A stretch of DNA of 64,000 bases from the NCBI RefSeq assembly GCF_009914755.1, contig NC_060927.1. One strand, given 5' to 3'. The stretch is from the human T2T-CHM13v2.0 reference genome, Homo sapiens. Positions 24,480-36,200 of this stretch are shown piece after piece (positions within the stretch are counted from its first letter, which is position 1; the number at the start of each line of letters is the position of its first letter). The position numbers were made by a program, and so were the translations under genes. The notes under the pieces were generated by a model, which ran no database searches, had not been told where the DNA came from, and saw nothing but the letters and a program-made list of their open reading frames with translations.

Positions 24480-27370
24480 TCTGATTTGAATACATACATC
24501 CCAAAAGAAGTTACTGAGAATTCTTCTGTCTAGCATTATGTGAAGAAATCCCGTTTCCAACGAAAGCCTCAAAGAGGTCCAAATATCCAGTTGCAGAATT
24601 TACAAACTGACTGTTTCCAAACTCATCTATGAAAAGAAAGGTTAAACTCTGGGAGTTGAATGCACATATCACAAAGTAGTTCCTGAGAATGATTCTGTCT
24701 AGTTTTCATACGAAGATATTTCCTTTTCCACCAATGGCCTCAAAGTGCTTGAAATCTCCCCTTGCAAATTCCACAGACAAGTGTTTCAAATCTGCACTGT
24801 CTAAAGGAAGGTTCAAACCTGTGAGTTGAATACACACACACAGAAAAAAATTCACTGAGAATTCTATTGTCTATCATTACACGAAGAAATCCCGTTTACT
24901 ACGAAGGCCTTAAAGAGGTCCAAATATCCAGCTGCAGACATTACAAACTGAGTGTTTCCAAAGTGCTCTATGAAAAGAAGTGTTAAACACTGTGAGTTCA
25001 ATGCACACATCCCAAAGCAGTTTCTGAGAATGATTCCGTCTATTTTTTCTACGAAGATATTTCCTTTTCTGCCGTTGGCCTCAAAGCGCTTGAAATCTCC
25101 ACTTGCAAATTCCACAAAAAGAGAGTTTCAAATCTGCTCTGTCTAAAGGAAGGTTCAACTCTGTGAGTTGAATACACACCACAAAAAGAAGTTACTGAGA
25201 ATTCTTCTGTCTAGCATTATATGAAAAATCCCGTTTCCAACGAAGGCCACAAAGAGGTCCAAATATCCACTTGCAGATTCTGCAAAAAGAGTGTTTCCAA
25301 ACTGCTCTATGAAAAGAAACGTTAAACTCTGTGAGTTGAACGCAAACATCACAAAGTAGTTTCTGAGAATGACTCCGTCTAGTTTTTATACGAAGATATT
25401 TCCTTTCCTACCATTCACTTCAAAGCGCTTGAAGTCTCCCCCTGAAAATTCCACAAAAAGTGTTTCCAATCTGCTCCGCCTAAAGGAAGCTTCAACTCTG
25501 TGAGTTGAATACCCACAACCCAAAGAAGTTACTGAGAATTCTTCTGTCTAGCATTATATGAAGAAATCCCGTTTCCAACGAAGGCCTCAAATACATCCAA
25601 ATATCCAGTTGCTGACTTTACAAACTGAGTGTTTCCAAACTGCTCTATGAAAAGAAAGGTTAAACACTGTGCGTTGAACACACACGTACCAAAGTAGTTT
25701 CTGAGAATGATTCTGTCTAGTTTGCATACGAAGATATTTCCTTTTCTACCATTGGCCTCAAAGCTCTGAAATCTCCACTTGCAAATTCCACAAAAAGAGA
25801 GTTTCAACTCTGCTGTTTCTAAAGGAAAGTTCAACTCTGAGAGTTGAATACACACCAGAAAAAGCAGTTACTGAGAAGTCTTCTGTCTAGCATTATATGA
25901 AGAAATCCCATTTCCAACGAAGACTTCAAAGAGGTCCAAATATCCACTTGCAGATTCTGCAAAAAGAGTGTTTCGAAACAACTGTATGAAAAGAAAGGTT
26001 AAACACTGTGAGTTGAACGCACACATTGCAAAGCAGTTTCTGAGAATGATTCCGTCTAATTATTATACGAAGGTATTTCCTTTTCTATCATTGGCCTCAA
26101 AGCGCTTGATACCTCCACCTGAAAATTCCACAAAAAGAGTGTTTCCAATCTACTCTGTCTAAAGGAACGTTCAACTCTGTGAGTTGAATACACACACACA
26201 GAAGGAATTCACTGAGAATTCTTCTGTCTGGCATTACATGAAGAAATCCCGTTTCCAACGAAGGCCTCAAAGAGGTCCAAATATCCACTTGCAGATTCTG
26301 CAAAAAGAGTGTTTCAAAACCGCTCCATTAAAAGGAATGTTGAACTCTGTGAGTTGAATGCAAACATCACAACTCAGTTTCTGAGAATGCTTCTGACTAG
26401 ATTTTATGGTAAGATATTTCCTTTTCTACCGTAGGCTTCAATGCCCTCTAAATACACCCTTGCAAATTCTACAAAGAGACTGTTTCATAACTGCTCTATA
26501 GGAAGAAAGGTTGAACTCTGTGAGTTGAATGCAGAGATCACAACGTGGTTTCTGCGAATGATTCTTTGTAGTTTTTACATGAAGATATTTCGTTGTCAAA
26601 CGTAGGCTTCAAAGCACTCAAAGTATTCACTTGGAAGTTTTACAAAAAGAGTGTTAGAAAACTGCTCTTTCCAAAGTAAGGTTCAACTCTGTGAGTTGAA
26701 TGCACCCATAACAATCAAGAAGTTTCTGAGAATTCTTCTGTCCTGGTTTATATGAAGAAATCCCGTTTCCAACGAAGACCTCAAAGACGTTTAAATATCC
26801 ACTTGCAGACTTCACAAACAGAGGGTTTCCAAACTGCTCTATGAAAAGAAAGGTTAAACTCTGTGAGTTGAACGCACACATCACAAAGTAGTTTCTGAGA
26901 ATGATACTGTCTAGTTTTTATACGAAGATATTTCCTTTCTACCATTGGCGTCAAAGCGCTAGAATTCTCCACTTGCAAATTCCACAAAAAGAGTGTTTCC
27001 AATCTGCTCTGTCTCAAGGAAGGTTCAACTCTGTGAGTTGAATACACACACACAAAGAAGCTACTGAGAATTCTTTTGTCAAGAATTATAAGAAGAAATC
27101 CCGTTTCCAACGAAGGCCTCAAAGAGTTCCAAATATCCACTTGCACACTGCACAAACTAAGTCTTTCCAAACTGCTCTAGGCAAAGAAATGTTCAACTCT
27201 GTGAGTTTAATACACACATCACAAAGCAGTTTCTGAGAATGATACTCTCTAGTTTTTATACGAAGATATTTCCTTTTGTACCATTGGCCTCATACTGCTA
27301 GAATTTTCCACTTGCAAATTCCACAAAAAGAGGGTTTCCAATCCGCTCTGTCTAAAGGAAGGTTCAACTC
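24480..27370 (-). repeat. HOR copy 10: canonical-length mosaic 17-mer
   Basis: Spacing is 2,891. The first ~2 kb shares SNVs with copy 8, and the last ~0.85 kb carries private SNVs. Confidence 0.9.
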
Positions 27371-30269
27371 TCTGATTTGAATACATACATCCCAAAAGAA
27401 GTTACTGAGAATTCTTCTGTCTAGCATTATGTGAAGAAATCCCGTTTCCAACGAAAGCCTCAAAGAGGTCCAAATATCCAGTTGCAGAATTTACAAACTG
27501 ACTGTTTCCAAACTCATCTATGAAAAGAAAGGTTAAACTCTGTGAGTTGAATGCACATATCACAAAGTAGTTCCTGAGAATGATTCTGTCTAGTTTTTAT
27601 ACGAAGATATTTCCTTTTCCACCAATGGCCTCAAAGTGCTTGAAATCTCCCCTTGCAAATTCCACAGACAAGTGTTTCAAATCTGCACTGTCTAAAGGAA
27701 GGTTCAACCCTGTGAGTTGAATACACACACACAGAAAAAAATTCACTGAGAATTCTATTGTCTATCATTACACGAAGAAATCCCGTTTACTACGAAGGCC
27801 TCAAAGAGGTCCAAATATCCAGCTGCAGACATTACAAACTGAGTGTTTCCAAAGTGCTCTATGAAAAGAAGTGTTAAACACTGTGAGTTCAATGCACACA
27901 TCCCAAAGCAGTTTCTGAGAATGATTCCGTCTATTTTTTCTACGAAGATATTTCCTTTTCTGCCGTTGGCCTCAAAGCGCTTGAAATCTCCACTTGCAAA
28001 TTCCACAAAAAGAGAGTTTCAAATCTGCTCTGTCTAAAGGAAGGTTCAACTCTGTGAGTTGAATTCACACCACAAAAAGAAGTTACTGAGAATTCTTCTG
28101 TCTAGCATTATATGAAAAATCCCGTTTCCAACGAAGGCCACAAAGAGGTCCAAATATCCACTTGCAGATTCTGCAAAAAGAGTGTTTCCAAACTGCTCTA
28201 TGTAAAGAAACGTTAAACTCTGTGAGTTGAACGCAAACATCACAAAGTAGTTTCTGAGAATGACTCCGTCTAGTTTTTATACGAAGATATTTCCTTTCCT
28301 ACCATTCACTTCAAAGCGCTTGAAGTCTCCCCCTGAAAATTCCACAAAAAGTGTTTCCAATCTGCTCCGCCTAAAGGAAGCTTCAACTCTGTGAGTTGAA
28401 TACCCACAACCCAAAGAAGTTACTGAGAATTCTTCTGTCTAGCATTATATGAAGAAATCCCGTTTCCAACGAAGGCCTCAAATACATCCAATTATCCAGT
28501 TGCTGACTTTACAAACTGAGTGTTTCCAAACTGCTCTATGAAAAGAAAGGTTAAACACTGTGAGTTGAACACACACGTACCAAAGTAGTTTCTGAGAATG
28601 ATTCTGTCTAGTTTGCATACGAAGATATTTCCTTTTCTACCATTGGCCTCAAAGCTCTGAAATCTCCACTTGCAAATTCCACAAAAAGAGAGTTTCAACT
28701 CTGCTGTTTCTAAAGGAAAGTTCAACTCTGAGAGTTGAATACACACCAGAAAAAGCAGTTACTGAGAAGTCTTCTGTCTAGCATTATATGAAGAAATCCC
28801 ATTTCCAACGAAGACTTCAAAGAGGTCCAAATATCCACTTGCAGATTCTGCAAAAAGAGTGTTTCGAAACAACTGTATGAAAAGAAAGGTTAAACACTGT
28901 GAGTTGAACGCACACATTGCAAAGCAGTTTCTGAGAATGATTCCGTCTAATTATTATACGAAGGTATTTCCTTTTCTATCATTGGCCTCAAAGCGCTTGA
29001 TACCTCCACCTGAAAATTCCACAATTCCACAAAAAGAGTGTTTCCAATCTACTCTGTCTAAAGGAACGTTCAACTCTGTGAGTTGAATACACACACACAG
29101 AAAGAATTCACTGAGAATTCTTCTGTCTGGCATTACATGAAGAAATCCCGTTTCCAACGAAGGCCTCAAAGAGGTCCAAATATCCACTTGCAGATTCTGC
29201 AAAAAGAGTGTTTCAAAACCGCTCCATTAAAAGGAATGTTGAACTCTGTGAGTTGAATGCAAACATCACAACTCAGTTGCTGAGAATGCTTCTGACTAGA
29301 TTTTATGGTAAGATATTTCCTTTTCTACCGTAGGCTTCAATGCCCTCTAAATACACCCTTGCAAATTCTACAAAGAGACTGTTTCATAACTGCTCTATAG
29401 GAAGAAAGGTTCAACTCTGTGAGTTGAATGCAGAGATCACAACGTGGTTTCTGCGAATGATTCTTTGTAGTTTTTACATGAAGATATTTCGTTGTCAACC
29501 GTAGGCTTCAAAGCACTCAAAGTATTCACTTGGAACTTTTACAAAAAGAGTGTTAGAAAACTGCTCTTTCCAAAGTAAGGTTCAACTCTGTGAGTTGAAT
29601 GCACACATAACAATCAAGAAGTTTCTGAGAATTCTTCTGTCCTGGTTTATATGAACAAATCCCGTTTCCAACGAAGGCCTCAAAGACGTTTAAATATCCA
29701 CTTGCAGACTTCACAAACAGAGTGTTTCCAAACTGCTCTATGAAAAGAAAGGTTAAACTCTGTGAGTTGAACGCACACATCACAAAGTAGTTTCTGAGAA
29801 TGATACTGTCTAGTTTTTATACGAAGATATTTCCTTTCTACCATTGGCGTCAAAGCGCTAGAATTCTCCACTTGCAAATTCCACAAAAAGAGTGTTTCCA
29901 ATCTGCTCTGTCTAAAGGAAGGTTCAACTCTGTGAGTTGAATACACACACACAAAGAAGCTACTGAGAATTCTTTTGTCAAGAATTATAAGAAGAAATCC
30001 CGTTTCCAACGAAGGCCTCAAAGAGTTCCAAATATCCACTTGCACACTGCACAAACTAAGTCTTTCCAAACTGCTCTATGCAAAGAAATGTTCAACTCTG
30101 TGAGTTTAATACACACATCACAAAGCAGTTTCTGAGAATGATACTGTCTAGTTTTTATACGAAGATATTTCCTTTTGTACCATTGGCCTCATACTGCTAG
30201 AATTTTCCACTTGCAAATTCCACAAAAAGAGTGTTTCCAATCCGCTCTGTCTAAAGGAAGGTTCAACTC
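27371..30269 (-). repeat. HOR copy 11: 17-mer with an 8-bp tandem duplication (2,899 bp)
   Basis: Anchor spacing 27755 to 30654 is 2,899; aattccac aattccac at 29015-29030. Confidence 0.95.
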
Positions 30270-33200
30270 TCTGATTTGAATACATACATCCCAAAAGAAG
30301 TTACTGAGAATTCTTCTGTCTAGCATTATGTGAAGAAATCCCGTTTCCAACGAAAGCCTCAAAGAGGTCCAAATATCCAGTTGCAGAATTTACAAACTGA
30401 CTGTTTCCAAACTCATCTATGAAAAGAAAGGTTAAACTCTGGGAGTTGAATGCACATATCACAAAGTAGTTCCTGAGAATGATTCTGTCTAGTTTTTATA
30501 CGAAGATATTTCCTTTTCCACCAATGGCCTCAAAGTGCTTGAAATCTCCCCTTGCAAATTCCACAGACAAGTGTTTCAAATCTGCACTGCCTAAAGGAAG
30601 GTTCAACCCTGTGAGTTGAATACACACACACAGAAACAAATTCACTGAGAATTCTATTGTCTATCATTACACGAAGAAATCCCGTTTACTACGAAGGCCT
30701 CAAAGAGGTCCAAATATCCAGCTGCAGACATTACAAACTGAGTGTTTCCAAAGTGCTCTATGAAAAGAAGTGTTAAACACTGTGAGTTCAATGCACACAT
30801 CCCAAAGCAGTTTCTGAGAATGATTCCGTCTATTTTTTCTACGAAGATATTTCCTTTTCTGCCGTTGGCCTCAAAGCGCTTGAAATCTCCACTTGCAAAT
30901 TCCACAAAAAGAGAGTTTCAAATCTGCTCTGTCTAAAGGAAGGTTCAACTCTGTGAGTTGAATTCACACCACAAAAAGAAGTTACTGAGAATTCTTCTGT
31001 CTAGCATTATATGAAAAATCCCGTTTCCAACGAAGGCCACAAAGAGGTCCAAATATCCACTTGCAGATTCTGCAAAAAGAGTGTTTCCAAACTGCTCTAT
31101 GTAAAGAAACGTTAAACTCTGTGAGTTGAACGCAAACATCACAAAGTAGTTTCTGAGAATGACTCCGTCTAGTTTTTATACGAAGATATTTCCTTTCCTA
31201 CCATTCACTTCAAAGCGCTTGAAGTCTCCCCCTGAAAATTCCACAAAAAGTGTTTCCAATCTGCTCCGCCTAAAGGAAGCTTCAACTCTGTGAGTTGAAT
31301 ACCCACAACCCAAAGAAGTTACTGAGAATTCTTCTGTCTAGCATTATATGAAGAAATCCCGTTTCCAACGAAGGCCTCAAATACATCCAAATATCCAGTT
31401 GCTGACTTTACAAACTGAGTGTTTCCAAACTGCTCTATGAAAAGAAAGGTTAAACACTGTGAGTTGAACACACACGTACCAAAGTAGTTTCTGAGAATGA
31501 TTCTGTCTAGTTTGCATACGAAGATATTTCCTTTTCTACCATTGGCCTCAAAGCTCTGAAATCTCCACTTGCAAATTCCACAAAAAGAGAGTTTCAAATC
31601 TGCTGTTTCTAAAGGAAAGTTCAACTCTGAGAGTTGAATACACACCAGAAAAAGCAGTTACTGAGAAGTCTTCTGTCTAGCATTATATGAAGAAATCCCA
31701 TTTCCAACGAAGACTTCAAAGAGGTCCAAATATCCACTTGCAGATTCTGCAAAAAGAGTGTTTCGAAACAACTGTATGAAAAGAAAGGTTAAACACTGTG
31801 AGTTGAACGCACACATTGCAAAGCAGTTTCTGAGAATGATTCCGTCTAATTATTATACGAAGGTATTTCCTTTTCTATCATTGGCCTCAAAGCGCTTGAT
31901 ACCTCCACCTGAAAATTCCACAAAAAGAGTGTTTCCAATCTACTCTGTCTAAAGGAACGTTCAACTCTGTGAGTTGAATACACACACACAGAAAGAATTC
32001 ACTGAGAATTCTTCTGTCTGGCATTACATGAAGAAATCCCGTTTCCAACGAAGGCCTCAAAGAGGTCCAAATATCCACTTGCAGATTCTGCAAAAAGAGT
32101 GTTTCAAAACCGCTCCATTAAAAGGAATGTTGAACTCTGTGAGTTGAATGCAAACATCACAACTCAGTTGCTGAGAATGCTTCTGACTAGATTTTATGGT
32201 AAGATATTTCCTTTTCTACCGTAGGCTTCAATGCCCTCTAAATACACCCTTGCAAATTCTACAAAGAGACTGTTTCATAACTGCTCTATAGGAAGAAAGG
32301 TTCAACTCTGTGAGTTGAATGCAGAGATCACAACGTGGTTTCTGCGAATGATTCTTTGTAGTTTTTACATGAAGATATTTCGTTGTCAACCGTAGGCTTC
32401 AAAGCACTCAAAGTATTCACTTGGAACTTTTACAAAAAGAGTGTTAGAAAACTGCTCTTTCCAAAGTAAGGTTCAACTCTGTGAGTTGAATGCACACATA
32501 ACAATCAAGAAGTTTCTGAGAATTCTTCTGTCCTGGTTTATATGAACAAATCCCGTTTCCAACGAAGGCCTCAAAGACGTTTAAATATCCACTTGCAGAC
32601 TTCACAAACAGAGTGTTTCCAAACTGCTCTATGAAAAGAAAGGTTAAACTCTGTGAGTTGAACGCACACATCACAAAGTAGTTTCTGAGAATGATACTGT
32701 CTAGTTTTTATACGAAGATATTTCCTTTCTACCATTGGCGTCAAAGCGCTAGAATTCTCCACTTGCAAATTCCACAAAAAGAGTGTTTCCAATCTGCTCT
32801 GTCTAAAGGAAGGTTCAACTCTGTGAGTTGAATACACACACACAAAGAAGCTACTGAGAATTCTTTTGTCAAGAATTATAAGAAGAAATCCCGTTTCCAA
32901 CGAAGGCCTCAAAGAGTTCCAAATATCCACTTGCACACTGCACAAACTAAGTCTTTCCAAACTGCTCTATGCAAAGAAATGTTCAACTCTGTGAGTTTAA
33001 TACACACATCACAAAGCAGTTTCTGAGAATGATACTGTCTAGTTTTTATACGAAGATATTTCCTTTTGTACCATTGGCCTCATACTGCTAGAATTTTCCA
33101 CTTGCAAATTCCACAAAAAGAGTGTTTCCAATCCGCTCTGTCTAAAGGAAGGTTCAACTCTCTGATTTGAATACATACATCCCAAAAGAAGTTACTGAGA

Positions 33201-36200
33201 ATTCTTCTGTCTAGCATTATGTGAAGAAATCCCGTTTCCAACGAAAGCCTCAAAGAGGTCCAAATATCCAGTTGCAGAATTTACAAACTGACTGTTTCCA
33301 AACTCATCTATGAAAAGAAAGGTTAAACTCTGGGAGTTGAATGCACATATCACAAAGTAGTTCCTGAGAATGATTCTGTCTAGTTTTTATACGAAGATAT
33401 TTCCTTTTCCACCAATGGCCTCAAAGTGCTTGAAATCTCCCCTTGCAAATTCCACAGACAAGTGTTTCAAATCTGCACTGCCTAAAGGAAGGTTCAACCC
33501 TGTGAGTTGAATACACACACACAGAAACAAATTCACTGAGAATTCTATTGTCTATCATTACACGAAGAAATCCCGTTTACTACGAAGGCCTCAAAGAGGT
33601 CCAAATATCCAGCTGCAGACATTACAAACTGAGTGTTTCCAAAGTGCTCTATGAAAAGAAGTGTTAAACACTGTGAGTTCAATGCACACATCCCAAAGCA
33701 GTTTCTGAGAATGATTCCGTCTATTTTTTCTACGAAGATATTTCCTTTTCTGCCGTTGGCCTCAAAGCGCTTGAAATCTCCACTTGCAAATTCCACAAAA
33801 AGAGAGTTTCAAATCTGCTCTGTCTAAAGGAAGGTTCAACTCTGTGAGTTGAATTCACACCACAAAAAGAAGTTACTGAGAATTCTTCTGTCTAGCATTA
33901 TATGAAAAATCCCGTTTCCAACGAAGGCCACAAAGAGGTCCAAATATCCACTTGCAGATTCTGCAAAAAGAGTGTTTCCAAACTGCTCTATGTAAAGAAA
34001 CGTTAAACTCTGTGAGTTGAACGCAAACATCACAAAGTAGTTTCTGAGAATGACTCCGTCTAGTTTTTATACGAAGATATTTCCTTTCCTACCATTCACT
34101 TCAAAACGCTTGAAGTCTCCCCCTGAAAATTCCACAAAAAGTGTTTCCAATCTGCTCCGCCTAAAGGAAGCTTCAACTCTGTGAGTTGAATACCCACAAC
34201 CCAAAGAAGTTACTGAGAATTCTTCTGTCTAGCATTATATGAAGAAATCCCGTTTCCAACGAAGGCCTCAAATACATCCAAATATCCAGTTGCTGACTTT
34301 ACAAACTGAGTGTTTCCAAACTGCTCTATGAAAAGAAAGGTTAAACACTGTGAGTTGAACACACACGTACCAAAATAGTTTCTGAGAATGATTCTGTCTA
34401 GTTTGCATACGAAGATATTTCCTTTTCTACCATTGGCCTCAAAGCTCTGAAATCTCCACTTGCAAATTCCACAAAAAGAGAGTTTCAAATCTGCTGTTTC
34501 TAAAGGAAAGTTCAACTCTGAGAGTTGAATACACACCAGAAAAAGCAGTTACTGAGAAGTCTTCTGTCTAGCATTATATGAAGAAATCCCATTTCCAACG
34601 AAGACTTCAAAGAGGTCCAAATATCCACTTGCAGATTCTGCAAAAAGAGTGTTTCGAAACAACTGTATGAAAAGAAAGGTTAAACACTGTGAGTTGAACG
34701 CACACATTGCAAAGCAGTTTCTGAGAATGATTCCGTCTAATTATTATACGAAGGTATTTCCTTTTCTATCATTGGCCTCAAAGCGCTTGATACCTCCACC
34801 TGAAAATTCCACAAAAAGAGTGTTTCCAATCTACTCTGTCTAAAGGAACGTTCAACTCTGTGAGTTGAATACACACACACAGAAAGAATTCACTGAGAAT
34901 TCTTCTGTCTGGCATTACATGAAGAAATCCCGTTTCCAACGAAGGCCTCAAAGAGGTCCAAATATCCACTTGCAGATTCTGCAAAAAGAGTGTTTCAAAA
35001 CCGCTCCATTAAAAGGAATGTTGAACTCTGTGAGTTGAATGCAAACATCACAACTCAGTTGCTGAGAATGCTTCTGACTAGATTTTATGGTAAGATATTT
35101 CCTTTTCTACCGTAGGCTTCAATGCCCTCTAAATACACCCTTGCAAATTCTACAAAGAGACTGTTTCATAACTGCTCTATAGGAAGAAAGGTTCAACTCT
35201 GTGAGTTGAATGCAGAGATCACAACGTGGTTTCTGCGAATGATTCTTTGTAGTTTTTACATGAAGATATTTCGTTGTCAACCGTAGGCTTCAAAGCACTC
35301 AAAGTATTCACTTGGAACTTTTACAAAAAGAGTGTTAGAAAACTGCTCTTTCCAAAGTAAGGTTCAACTCTGTGAGTTGAATGCACACATAACAATCAAG
35401 AAGTTTCTGAGAATTCTTCTGTCCTGGTTTATATGAACAAATCCCGTTTCCAACGAAGGCCTCAAAGACGTTTAAATATCCACTTGCAGACTTCACAAAC
35501 AGAGTGTTTCCAAACTGCTCTATGAAAAGAAAGGTTAAACTCTGTGAGTTGAACGCACACATCACAAAGTAGTTTCTGAGAATGATACTGTCTAGTTTTT
35601 ATACGAAGATATTTCCTTTCTACCATTGGCGTCAAAGCGCTAGAATTCTCCACTTGCAAATTCCACAAAAAGAGTGTTTCCAATCTGCTCTGTCTAAAGG
35701 AAGGTTCAACTCTGTGAGTTGAATACACACACACAAAGAAGCTACTGAGAATTCTTTTGTCAAGAATTATAAGAAGAAATCCCGTTTCCAACGAAGGCCT
35801 CAAAGAGTTCCAAATATCCACTTGCACACTGCACAAACTAAGTCTTTCCAAACTGCTCTATGCAAAGAAATGTTCAACTCTGTGAGTTTAATACACACAT
35901 CACAAAGCAGTTTCTGAGAATGATACTGTCTAGTTTTTATACGAAGATATTTCCTTTTGTACCATTGGCCTCATACTGCTAGAATTTTCCACTTGCAAAT
36001 TCCACAAAAAGAGTGTTTCCAATCCGCTCTGTCTAAAGGAAGGTTCAACTCTCTGATTTGAATACATACATCCCAAAAGAAGTTACTGAGAATTCTTCTG
36101 TCTAGCATTATGTGAAGAAATCCCGTTTCCAACGAAAGCCTCAAAGAGGTCCAAATATCCAGTTGCAGAATTTACAAACTGACTGTTTCCAAACTCATCT

